The notes: a model not told the origin generated them from the letters alone. Shown: positions 1 to 9,433, counted from the stretch's first letter. The stretch is DNA of 33,587 nt from Collinsella sp. (GCA_048528725.1 DBGFLF010000111.1:1-33587), one strand, 5' to 3'. Numbers and translations are program-made.

Positions 1-15
1 CTGGTCGATCGTTTT

Positions 16-233
16 GTCTCGATCTGTAACAGTTAGGACCTGTTGAGCCTCGTAGTTGTTACAGATCAAGATATTGTGCGAACATCCGCCTGTTCATCTC
101 AATCTGTAACAGTTAGAGACCAAATTCCCCGCTACGTGTTACAGATCAAGACGTTAGGTTAGCGGCCATTCGGTTCATCTAAATCTGTAACATCTAGGGC
201 CGTTTTGGGCAGCCAGGTGTTACAGATTGAGAT
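16..233. repeat. Array of six alternating inverted 16-bp repeats (RTCTCRATCTGTAACA / TGTTACAGATYRAGAY), ~80-bp period, copy 1
   Basis: Units at 16-31, 57-72, 96-111, 137-152, 177-192 and 218-233; spacers 25, 23, 25, 24 and 25 nt; orientation alternates. The array may extend left of the window. Confidence 0.95.
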
Positions 234-269
234 CTTGATAAAGCCGAGGACGGGCGCTGCCACCAAAAC

Positions 270-3200
270 CTAGCGCTTGCGGCGCTTGGTTGCGGCGATG
301 CCGGCCGCGGCAACGGTTGCGCCGGCGATGCCCAGGGCAGCGACCGTCATCGCGGCGGAGTCACCCGTGCCGGCAAGCTCCGTGCCACCGGACTTCTTGC
401 CGTTCTTGCCCTTACCCTTGGACTTGTTCGTCGTCACCGTGGTCGTCGTCGAAGTCGAACTGCCCGCAGGGACCCCGGCGCCACCAGAGCCATCCGTACC
501 GCCACCCTGCTCTCCGCCGTCAGGCGTCGGCTCAGGCTCCGGCTTCAGACCGGGATCGGGCGTCGGCTCAGGCGCCGGCTCATCGGTCACCGTAATCGTA
601 ATGTTCAGACGCTCGGAATACTCGCTGTACGACATGCCAGGGCGCTGTGCCGCAATGCGCACATACATGTTGCTATCGAGCGCAATAGGCTCGGTGTACT
701 TTACGCGGCCTTCGTCACGGCAGGGGCAGGTGTCGTTGGTGGTGTACCAAATCGTCGTGCCATCCTCGGCAGAAAGCTCCAGCTTCGTGCCCTTGGGCAC
801 CGTAATGTAGTTCTCCTTGGGCGACCATGCACCAAACGTCGTCGCACCAATCGTCGCCACCGGTCGCGCCGGTCGCACTGCCTCGGCAGACACGCGAACG
901 TCGACCTGCTTGGACAGCGCCGTGCCGTCCACCGCCGCCGTCAACGTCGTCAAACCGGGCAGAGCACCATGCAGCACAAACGTCGCCGCGCCGTCCTCGC
1001 CCGTCACGGCCTGGTTGGCATCGACAGAGCAGATAGCCGAGGACTCCAGCCCAACACTAACCTTGGCGCCCGCAAACGGCTTGCCCGCCTTATCGGTCAC
1101 GTGCGCCACCAGCTCAAAGTCACTGCCCTCAAGCATGGTCACGGCCTGCTCCACGTTGAGCTTGAGTTTGTCGGCACGAACGCCCACGACAAGCTCGCCG
1201 CTTGCCCAGCGCGCCATGGCCGTGCCGGCGTAGTTGCGAGCACCGTCGAGCTCAAACGACACCGTCGAGCCCACCTCACACGCATCGGCATAGCGAATAC
1301 GCAGCACGCGCGACAGCGGCTTGCCATTGGGATCGTCCTGCTTATCGAGCCACGTATACGTCACGTCGCCCAAGCCCTGCGCGCACAATGCGGCCAGGGT
1401 ATCGTCACTCGCATCCATATACTGCGCAAACTCAACCTCGACGCAATCGGTATAGGCATGGGCCGAAGCCACCTCGGGCGCCGCCGTCGACGCCAAGCCA
1501 ATGTTCACCTCAGTCTGAATCGGCGGCACGCGCAGCCAGGCCGAACGCGCCTCCTCATACCCGTCCTTGGTCACGCGCACCTGATACCAGCCGGTCGGCG
1601 TATTCCAGTTGTACGCACCGTCCGCACCCGTTGCAAGCGGATTGTCCTGCTCATACTCCTCGGCATCCCAACGCACTGCATTGGTACCGGCCGCATCGTC
1701 GGCGCTCCACAGCTCAACCGTCGCGCCTTCAACCGTATTGGACAGCAGGCCCTCGTACACCACGCCCGCAGGGTCGGGTGCAGCCTTGGCAGCCACATTG
1801 CGATAACGCGCCTCGAAGATCGACTGCATCTTCTCGTCCGAGATCAAGCCGTCCTTGTTGGCCTTGTAGACCTCGGTATCAGTCAGCTCGCCCCAGTTGA
1901 CCGTAATACGATTCTGGCACGCGCGCTCCACCTGCTCGCAGGCAACATCGTAGGCGCATTCGGCATTGGTCAGCTTAATCGCGCGCTCCGAACCTACGCT
2001 GGTCGAAGCCGCGTCATAGGCAGCGCCCACCACGGTACCCGCCGAACCGGCCGTCAGCACGCCGGCGATTGTCATAATGGAGCCCACCGCCACATCGGTG
2101 CTGTCGTGGCAGAGCTGGCGATGCAGCAGATCCTCAAACGCACGCGCCTTCTCCATGGCGTCGCGCAGCGCGTAAATGCACTTCCAGTCGTCCTCGGTCT
2201 TCTCGGGCTTGGCAAGCAGGCGCGTATGCTGAAGCTCATAGCCCTCGCGCTCGCCCTTCACCTTCTGCATACGGACGTTCACGTTCTCCCAGTTCTTGCT
2301 GGCATCGTTCACGCCGTAAATGCCGGTAAAGATGCCGATGCCCTGGGTCGCCGCGGGAAACGCCTGGCCGGCCGCCTTCCACGCATCGGTCTTAAAGACC
2401 TGTCCGAACATCTCGCACTCGATCTTATAGCTCTTGAGCGAACGAATCGTGCGGATGAGCTTCATATGGGCGCTCACGTCGCCGTTACGCTTCCAAGCCA
2501 TAAGCCAGCCGCGAATCGTAGAGTTATTGAGGCTATGGACCACATTCCAGTTATCGTACAGATTGTCCAGAATGTCACACTGCATGGCGATCGAGTTAAA
2601 CAGAAGCGCCTGGTTCTTGTTGTTATTGGAGTTCTCGATAAACTCCGACTCGATATAGGCCGTCTGCTCGCCATCGGGCGCGGCGACCTTAAAGCCCTTG
2701 ACGGTATCGTCGTCAGCCGCCTTGTAGCTCAGTGAGCTGCCGAGCGCCTGGCCCAAATCGTTAAACCCGCTCGTCGACTGGCCGTTGTACTCGCTGGCCT
2801 TAATGCCCGCACACTTGTTGAGCGCCGCAGCGGTTGCGTCATTCCAGCTTCCATATTGGTTGAGCTGGCCGATACCCATCGACTGGCCCACCAGATCCTC
2901 GGCCTGCTGGGCAATAAACTCCGCTCGCGATGCATGGTCGACGAGCTCCTTGATGGCGGCCGCATCCGCAGCGTTCGCGCCCTGGGCCGCCGCGAGTTCC
3001 TGATACCAATCCTCGCTGGTGCCGTAAGCATCCTCAAAGATCATCTTGTCCACATTGACGCCATAGCTGTCGCCCTGCTGGGTCAGCAGCGCCGACGACC
3101 CGCCGACCGCGGCCTTGAGCTCAGCCGCAAACTGCGCGGCCTCGTCGTTGCCAGTACCATCACCCTCGCCGTCGCTGGCGGCAGGGGCGCGACGAGCCTT

Positions 3201-6200
3201 ACGGGCAGCTCCACCTTGGGCTTCGTCCTCTTTACCGTCCTTGTCCTCCTCGGCAAACGCATCGGCGACCATCTGGTCAATCGCGTCGTTAAAGGCCTCG
3301 TCGACATCATTAAACGAGTTATCCATCATATACTCGTGCCACTGCTGCACGGCATTCGAGAACTCCTGCTGGCGCTCCTCGGCCGCGGCGGAATGCTTTT
3401 TGGCCGAAGCGTTGGCGTCAAAACTCAGCATGGTCATAAGCTGAGCATTGGAGATGCGGTAGGTCTGCGGCATAAAGATTTGCTCAAAGTTGCCGCAGTT
3501 CACATAGGTCGAGTCATTCGCCTTGTTAAACTCATTAAGCAGCTTAAGGTAACCCTCGTCCACATACTCCGCCGCATAGCGCACGCGGGTGCCCTCGCGC
3601 GACTTTTGAGTCAGAGGAATCGTCACCGTCTTGCCATCCACGCAGTCCACGTACAGGTCGAGCGTGTCGGCGGCCTCTTCGTTTCCCACCTCGAGCGTAA
3701 TATCGAACGTCCAGTAGGCGTTCTTCTTTTGCGGCAGATGGTGGAAGGTCCACAGGCTCTTACCCGTGTCCTTGCCGTCCTTGACCAGGTTCTGCGTACC
3801 GCCGCGATACGTCACGTCAAAGTTCCAAACCGAAGCGCCCGGAACATAGCGCACATAATTGCGAGCCGTTACCTCGGCAGCAGCGGCGGCAACATCGGTC
3901 GAGCCCACGCGCGCTTCGAGCGTCACACGCTCGGCGGCAAGCGTATCCTGCGGCAGGTCGTATTCAATCTTGGCACGACCGAGTTTATTGGTCTTGCCGG
4001 TGTACTTTGCAGCCGAGGCACCCGTCCCCACGGTAAGCTGCACGCTCTTGCCCGGCGCTGCATAAACGTAGGCCACATTGCCCAGCAGGCTGTGAACGTC
4101 GGTGTTGTCGACCTCGATGCGCGATCCACTAACCTCGAGCGTCGTGCTTCCCAGCGGCAATGTCACCTCGCCCAGCGTAATGAGCGGCGAGACGGCATAG
4201 GTGCCCGCGGCCTTAGGCTTAAAGCGCACAAACACATCGGCGCCCGCGCTCTTCTTCATATCGAGAACGAGGTTGTCGCCCTCCCAAGTTGTGCCAGCCC
4301 ACATGGCATCGGAGCTGGCGCCGGCTTCGCGAGAGCCAGCGGACACATCCTCGACGGCATCCTTGGCCAGAGGAATCTCAATCTTGGCAGCCTGGCTGTC
4401 CTTGAGCTCGTAATGAATGCGCAGCTCGGTCTCCGCGCCAACGACCGCGGACGAATCAGCGATAACCGAGCCCGCCGTCAGCCCACGCTCGGCACGATAC
4501 GTCTCCACGTCAAACGTGGGGACGTCGAGCGTCACGTCGAGCTGTTTGCCGTCCTCAATCTTCACCTGCTTTTGCGCGATATGCTTACCCACGGTCAGCC
4601 CTAGGCGGCTAAACGTGGAATAGCTCGTCGCTTGGATGTCGTAGCTCGTCTTGTTAAAGGCGACGATGGTGTACGAACCGGCCTTAAGGCGCGGCGTCTC
4701 GGCCTTCATGATAGGCGTGGTGTCATCGTCTTCGTAACCCATCAAATAGGTGACACCGTCGGCGACCAGCTTGCCGTCGGACGTACGGAACACCAGCACG
4801 CGGTTGGCTCCCTGGTAGTCGCCCTTGGTCGTGACCGTCGCCGTACCCCAAGGCTTCAAGTCGATATCGACCTTGCCGGCCGAAGGCTTCACCGTCGCCG
4901 TCGCCCCACCCAGCCTGAGGCTGTCTTTGGGCTCGAGCGTTATCTCCAGATCCTGGTCCGCGTCGGCAATGGCCTGCGACACCACGAGTGCTGTGCCCTG
5001 GATACGGAAGTCGTTTTCTTTGTCACCCTTGGCAGGCTTAAGCGTCTTGCCGCCGCTCTTCACCGTCAGATCGATGTTATCGAGACTATCGAGCTCAATG
5101 CGTTCGGTCTTATCCTGGCCCACAATCGGTTCAAGATAGCCCACATTAAGTTCAATCGCGCGCGAAGCCGGAATCTTGGTAAAGTCCTCCGCCTTAATCT
5201 CTCCGATATTCCATGTGCCCGTCATCTGGTCGCCCGGGCGCGCCAGCACCATGTCATAGTAACCGCTGAGCGAAATGCGCAGGGTGGCTGCTGTCTTGGA
5301 GAGAGCGTCCGCTGTAAAGCTGCCGTCATCGCCAACCGTCAACGGCGTGGACTGCCCCGCCTGCAAGAGCACGGCCGCCGCGCTCTGGGGAAGTTTGCCC
5401 GTCACCTGGGCCGCCTCGCCCATCCACTCAAACGTGTAGGCAGGCTTCGAGGAATCGACGGAGTCCTTGCGATCGGCCACGGCATCGGCAAGCTTTTTGA
5501 CCATCGAGGGGTTGCCAGCCGAATCGGTCGCATAGGCATAGATGGTCTGGCCTTCACCAAAGGGAATCGCATACGTTACGCCATCGATTGTCACGCGCTC
5601 ATTATAGTCGCCCGGATAGCCCGCCTCACCAAACTGAAGATCGGGGTTCATCACGCGCAGGGCAACGGCATTATGGTTCGTCTCGTTTCCGTATCTCGTG
5701 TTCTCAAAAGCTCCCCACTCTATCATTTCCACGCTTTTGGGTAGCACAATCTCTTTGCCGGCAATCGCAGGATCAAGAGAGGCGAACGCGAGCGCCCCGA
5801 TAGATATGACACCATCGCCAATCGTCACCGACGACACATGCGAGCACCCGTCAAAGGCATAGCGCTCAATCCGCTCCACCGTGCCCGGCACATTGATCTG
5901 CGTAAAGGTGAGCACTGTTGTGTCCGAGACATAGAACTGTGGCACGCCGCAATAGGCGAATGCAAGATAGTCGATAGTTTTGACCGAAGGCGGCAGCGTT
6001 GCCACCACCTTGTCGTCAAGTTGTTCACATTCCTTAAAGGCCTGCTCGGGAATCGTGGTAAAGGCCGCGTTGTTGGGCCAGGTTACCGTTTGGAGCGTCT
6101 TGCTTTTGTAGAATGCATAGCTCTTGAGCTCCTCGACCGAATCGGGCAGTGCGATCTCTTTGATGCTGCTGCCGCCCAAGCCTCCAACCGAGCGGACATG

Positions 6201-6881
6201 CGAATTAGGGGCGAAGGTGATCGATGTGAGCGCAGCGCTTCCCATACCCGTAAGGCTTACGACATTTTTGTCGTCGATGGTCGAGGGCACCTCCAACGTG
6301 GTAATGCCCGCGTCGCCATACTCGATAGAAATTTCGTTGGTGAGGCTATCAATCGAGAAGTAGTACTGCGCGGGGGTCTGCTCGCCGGCCACGTAGCCAT
6401 CGTCGTATTCGTCCTTTACGCCCGTGGCGCCCTTCGAGGTCATCCAGAGCCCAAGATCCTCATTCCAGGTTGCTTCGGCTTCGGCGGTCTCCTCCTGCTT
6501 CTGCTGCTCGGCGAGTTCCTTGCCCTCGACAAGATCGGTGGCGAGCGTACCCGCAGGTGTGCTCTCGGTCTGCCCGGCGCCCGTCAGGCCTGCCGCCAAT
6601 GCAATCTCGGAGTCCGGGGGCGTAAGGACGTCATCGGCGGCGGGCACTGTGGGGTCGGCAACGCCGGCATCGGGCGCGGCGTCGGCGGCATCGGGCGCGG
6701 GGTCGGCGGCGTCGGCGGCATCGGCATCGTCTACTTGTTCGACATCCGTCTGCACAAAGGTGCTATCGGTGGTGAGGGTCTCGGCAAACGCGCCCGCGGG
6801 CAACGAACCCGTCACCATGGTGAGGGTCACCGCGGCAACGGTCAGGCGGCGGCAAAGCGCTCGAACAGTGGTCCACCTCAT
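270..6881 (-). CDS. Very large (~2203 aa) sortase-anchored surface protein with BspA-type leucine-rich repeats, Ig-like domains, a carboxypeptidase-regulatory-like domain, an Fn3-associated/chitobiase-C-like domain and an LAGTG sorting signal
   Basis: ATG at 6881 follows an AGGAAAGG RBS. Signal peptide MRWTTV...PAGAFA. LRR_5-like repeats (LPDSVEELKSYAF, IPEQAF, VPGTVERIERYAF, IGDGVISIGALAF). DPAGVVYEG...NPLATGADGAY...WYQVRVTKDGY. IWYTTNDT..YTEPI. C-terminus LAGTGD, hydrophobic stretch, KRRKR. Confidence 0.9.
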   Translation of the reverse strand: MRWTTVRALCRRLTVAAVTLTMVTGSLPAGAFAETLTTDSTFVQTDVEQVDDADAADAADPAPDAADAAPDAGVADPTVPAADDVLTPPDSEIALAAGLTGAGQTESTPAGTLATDLVEGKELAEQQKQEETAEAEATWNEDLGLWMTSKGATGVKDEYDDGYVAGEQTPAQYYFSIDSLTNEISIEYGDAGITTLEVPSTIDDKNVVSLTGMGSAALTSITFAPNSHVRSVGGLGGSSIKEIALPDSVEELKSYAFYKSKTLQTVTWPNNAAFTTIPEQAFKECEQLDDKVVATLPPSVKTIDYLAFAYCGVPQFYVSDTTVLTFTQINVPGTVERIERYAFDGCSHVSSVTIGDGVISIGALAFASLDPAIAGKEIVLPKSVEMIEWGAFENTRYGNETNHNAVALRVMNPDLQFGEAGYPGDYNERVTIDGVTYAIPFGEGQTIYAYATDSAGNPSMVKKLADAVADRKDSVDSSKPAYTFEWMGEAAQVTGKLPQSAAAVLLQAGQSTPLTVGDDGSFTADALSKTAATLRISLSGYYDMVLARPGDQMTGTWNIGEIKAEDFTKIPASRAIELNVGYLEPIVGQDKTERIELDSLDNIDLTVKSGGKTLKPAKGDKENDFRIQGTALVVSQAIADADQDLEITLEPKDSLRLGGATATVKPSAGKVDIDLKPWGTATVTTKGDYQGANRVLVFRTSDGKLVADGVTYLMGYEDDDTTPIMKAETPRLKAGSYTIVAFNKTSYDIQATSYSTFSRLGLTVGKHIAQKQVKIEDGKQLDVTLDVPTFDVETYRAERGLTAGSVIADSSAVVGAETELRIHYELKDSQAAKIEIPLAKDAVEDVSAGSREAGASSDAMWAGTTWEGDNLVLDMKKSAGADVFVRFKPKAAGTYAVSPLITLGEVTLPLGSTTLEVSGSRIEVDNTDVHSLLGNVAYVYAAPGKSVQLTVGTGASAAKYTGKTNKLGRAKIEYDLPQDTLAAERVTLEARVGSTDVAAAAAEVTARNYVRYVPGASVWNFDVTYRGGTQNLVKDGKDTGKSLWTFHHLPQKKNAYWTFDITLEVGNEEAADTLDLYVDCVDGKTVTIPLTQKSREGTRVRYAAEYVDEGYLKLLNEFNKANDSTYVNCGNFEQIFMPQTYRISNAQLMTMLSFDANASAKKHSAAAEERQQEFSNAVQQWHEYMMDNSFNDVDEAFNDAIDQMVADAFAEEDKDGKEDEAQGGAARKARRAPAASDGEGDGTGNDEAAQFAAELKAAVGGSSALLTQQGDSYGVNVDKMIFEDAYGTSEDWYQELAAAQGANAADAAAIKELVDHASRAEFIAQQAEDLVGQSMGIGQLNQYGSWNDATAAALNKCAGIKASEYNGQSTSGFNDLGQALGSSLSYKAADDDTVKGFKVAAPDGEQTAYIESEFIENSNNNKNQALLFNSIAMQCDILDNLYDNWNVVHSLNNSTIRGWLMAWKRNGDVSAHMKLIRTIRSLKSYKIECEMFGQVFKTDAWKAAGQAFPAATQGIGIFTGIYGVNDASKNWENVNVRMQKVKGEREGYELQHTRLLAKPEKTEDDWKCIYALRDAMEKARAFEDLLHRQLCHDSTDVAVGSIMTIAGVLTAGSAGTVVGAAYDAASTSVGSERAIKLTNAECAYDVACEQVERACQNRITVNWGELTDTEVYKANKDGLISDEKMQSIFEARYRNVAAKAAPDPAGVVYEGLLSNTVEGATVELWSADDAAGTNAVRWDAEEYEQDNPLATGADGAYNWNTPTGWYQVRVTKDGYEEARSAWLRVPPIQTEVNIGLASTAAPEVASAHAYTDCVEVEFAQYMDASDDTLAALCAQGLGDVTYTWLDKQDDPNGKPLSRVLRIRYADACEVGSTVSFELDGARNYAGTAMARWASGELVVGVRADKLKLNVEQAVTMLEGSDFELVAHVTDKAGKPFAGAKVSVGLESSAICSVDANQAVTGEDGAATFVLHGALPGLTTLTAAVDGTALSKQVDVRVSAEAVRPARPVATIGATTFGAWSPKENYITVPKGTKLELSAEDGTTIWYTTNDTCPCRDEGRVKYTEPIALDSNMYVRIAAQRPGMSYSEYSERLNITITVTDEPAPEPTPDPGLKPEPEPTPDGGEQGGGTDGSGGAGVPAGSSTSTTTTVTTNKSKGKGKNGKKSGGTELAGTGDSAAMTVAALGIAGATVAAAGIAATKRRKR

Positions 6882-6940
6882 GGTCGTTCCTTTCCTGAAA
6901 CCAAAAGTCATCCAGCGTAATCGTCGTCCAAAAACAAAGC

Positions 6941-6982
6941 GAACGGTAGGTTCATATATACGAACCTACCGTTCTACCTGCG
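6941..6982. promoter_or_regulatory. Perfect 13-8-13 palindrome followed by TCTACCTGCG; candidate operator of surface gene 1
   Basis: GAACGGTAGGTTC-ATATATAC-GAACCTACCGTTC (6941-6974), 60 bp upstream of the start codon; related copy at 9396-9423. Confidence 0.55.
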
Positions 6983-7023
6983 CAAACCGCCACAAAGGGG
7001 ACAGGCACCTTTGTGGCGGTTTG
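6983..7023. repeat. GGGACAG-family REP-like hairpin
   Basis: CAAACCGCCACAAAGG-GGACAGGCA-CCTTTGTGGCGGTTTG, a perfect 16-bp stem. Confidence 0.85.
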
Positions 7024-7054
7024 GGGTCTGGTCGGCGAACCGATTCCGATGTTT

Positions 7055-7272
7055 GTCTCGATCTGTAACAGTTAGGCCCTGTTGAGCCTTGTAGTTGTTA
7101 CAGATCGAGATATTGCTCCAGCCGCCCCCGCTTTGTCTCAATCTGTAACAGTTAGAGACCAAATTCCCCGCTACGTGTTACAGATCGAGACGTTAGGTTG
7201 GCGGCCATTCGGTTCATCTCAATCTGTAACATCTAGAGCCGTTTTGACTGGCTTGGTGTTACAGATTGAGAT
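7055..7272. repeat. Array of six alternating inverted 16-bp repeats, copy 2
   Basis: Units at 7055-7070, 7096-7111, 7135-7150, 7176-7191, 7216-7231 and 7257-7272; colinear with copy 1 at offset 7039. Confidence 0.95.
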
Positions 7273-7308
7273 TTTGCTAAAGCCGAGGATGGGCGCCGCC
7301 GCCAAAAC

Positions 7309-9299
7309 CTAACGCTTGCGGCGCTTGGTTGCGGCGATGCCGGCAGCGGCAACGGTTGCGCCAGCGATACCTAGGGCGGTGACCGTCATTACGGTGGTAT
7401 CTCCCGTGGTAGCCAGGACAGCATCGCCCTTCTTGGTCGGCGCGGCTTTCTCAACCGTCTTGGTCGTGGCGGTTGTCGTGGCCGGCTTAGCCGCGGGTTT
7501 GGTCTCGGGTTTCGTCTCAGGCTTGGTTTCGGGCTTGACCTCGGGCTGCGGCGTCGGATTGGGATCCGGCGTAGGCTGCGGATCGGGAGTCGGCGTGGCT
7601 TCAGGCGTAAAGGTCGAATCGGTGTTGAGCCACAGAGTGAAGATACAGCCGCTCTCGGGATCAACTACACTCGCTTCGCCCATCTGGTAGCCGCACTCCT
7701 GGCCGTTGATCACCAGCTTGGTGTTGGGCGTAAAGTAGAATCCGCGCGCGGGCTTGAGGTAGATACCGTAGCGATAGGTCACGCCAGGCTTAAAGGCGTC
7801 GATGTGGTTCGTGATGTTCTGATCCCAGAACTCCTGAGAGTTCACTTCGCTGCCGTCGCTACCCGTCCAGTACTCACACTGAGGAAGGAAGTTGGAGCCC
7901 GTCGGAACATTCGCCGTAAAGACCGGCTTATCGCCTGCCTTGAAGGTGGTCGTGGCGCCGTTGATCTCGATAACGTCGATGGCCCGCCATTCGTCGATCG
8001 GCTGCTCGCACAGCATATTGTCAGCGTTTGGCGCGAAGACGCCGTTGGCGGTCTTGATGTGGTGCGTCCAATGGCCGTTGACGTACATCATGCAGTCATT
8101 GCCCACGGTATTGTCGCCCTTGAGCCTCAGCTCGACGGAATACATGTAGAACTTGCCCTCTTCGAAGTGTTCGATCCTCCTCGCGCCCGTCGGATACTTG
8201 GCGGGGTCGGAATACCAGAAGGCAACGGGCGTGAGCTCCGCGGGGTCGCTGCCATCCATCTCCTCCCAGCACTCGTAGGCGATCTCGTACTTGTCGGCGT
8301 CAGCAGCGGGAATCGTCGCGGTCGCGCGGGCGCCTCGCCGGGCGCGTAGTTGGTCTTCACGTCGTTGACGTTCAGGTTATGGAGGGCTTCGTTTTCTGAC
8401 GCAACGAGCGTAATTTCGCTATTGATGGCGTAGCGGAGGTAATAATCGTACCTGGTTTCGTTGAGGATAGTCGAGCTGCCTTCATAGTCAGTTCCGGTAT
8501 ACTCCAGTGCCGAGCCAATATAGAGAGCCTCATTGCGCGTGAGTCGATACGAGCCGCCTGCCGCGCCACCCGTAAAGGTCAGCGTCAGCCTCATGTGATT
8601 GCCAACGGGTTCGAAGCGAGCCGTCACGTCGGACATGGACGCATCCTGAACTTCGACCAGAGTGCCCGAAGCGGCATCGGCCCTGTAGTACTTAACCTCG
8701 ACAACTTCGCTCGCAAGCGCTTCTGGAATGCCACCCTCAACATCGGGAAAATCATGGGTATACGACTGGCCCTTTTCGAGCGTGATGTTGTCCGAAAGCT
8801 CGCAGTTCGTATAATGATCGACCACGGTCGTATTGACCCTAACGCCGCCCCCGCCTGTCACATCGGTCACGCCACAGGGCATGATGGCGTTGCTCGCCGG
8901 CATGGCGGCGTTGTCGTCGCCAGAAGCGTTTTGCCCAGCGAGCGCAGCACCGCTAGGCTCATTGGCGGCATCGGCTGGGATTGTCTGCTGAGGCTCAACG
9001 GTGGCTTGCGCCGCCGGAGCAGCATCGGTTGCAGGCGCGGTCGAAGCAGCTGGCGCGGTCGTTGCAGCCGTATCCTCCGCAACCGTCGGCGTCACCGGAG
9101 CCGCGGCAACCTCATCCGTCCCAGCGGCGGGATCGGCGCATTCCGTCGCCAGCGCCACGCTCGGCAGCAGCAACTGACCGACCATAAGCGCACACGCGCC
9201 GGCGCAAGCTATTTTGGCACCCACACAACGCCAGGTACCGTGAACCAGCGAGCAGGTGGACTCACGTTGAGCTTGCTTGTCAAAGTGGCTTACGTTCAT
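7309..9299 (-). pseudogene. Frameshifted LAxTG-anchored surface protein (~663 aa if repaired) with two tandem Ig-like repeats and a Pro-rich linker
   Basis: ATG at 9299 with AGGAGG and a signal peptide (..LLLPSVALA). Adding one base at the G-run 8328-8330 joins ..YAPGEAP-RATATIPAADADKYEIAYECWEE-MDGSD.. into ORF 7309..8259, which ends LATTGD..KRRKR. May be a sequencing error. Confidence 0.8.
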
Positions 9300-9325
9300 A
9301 ACGGCCTCCTTGGTCGTAGGGACAT

Positions 9326-9360
9326 ACCACCACAAAGGTGCCTGTCCCCTTTGTGGTGGT
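9326..9360. repeat. GGGACAG-family REP-like hairpin, opposite orientation to 6983
   Basis: ACCACCACAAAGG-TGCCTGTCC-CCTTTGTGGTGGT. Confidence 0.85.
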
Positions 9361-9395
9361 CCTGTACCACCAAGATGTGCCAAATGACTCCATAT

Positions 9396-9433
9396 GCCTA
9401 GGTTCGTAGATGTGAACCTAGGCCTCTACCTGC
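9396..9433. promoter_or_regulatory. Palindrome followed by TCTACCTGCG; candidate operator between surface gene 2 and the divergent LuxR gene
   Basis: GCCTAGGTTC-GTAGATGT-GAACCTAGGC, then CTCTACCTGCG; shares TAGGTTC-N8-GAACCTA with 6941. Confidence 0.55.

Noticed and set aside
16..233. CRISPR array (also 7055-7272)
   Set aside because: Repeats are only 16 bp and alternate in orientation, most spacers are shared between the two arrays, and no cas genes are present.
1760..1790. RHS-type DPxG autocleavage site (PDPAG)
   Set aside because: No YD/RHS repeats precede it; it starts a carboxypeptidase-regulatory-like domain.
6650..6730. Short coding tandem repeats (DAAPDA-type; also KPET repeats near 7490-7545) as contingency loci
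   Set aside because: In-frame, degenerate linker repeats typical of surface proteins.
6941..6974. LexA SOS box
   Set aside because: Each arm reads GAAC-N5-GTTC, not the GAAC-N4-GTTC Gram-positive consensus.
9300..9383. Longer ORF-track starts (9383, 11650, 16884, 24331, 6911)
   Set aside because: They run through intergenic repeats or neighbouring genes, or lack an RBS; downstream ATGs have clear RBSs.
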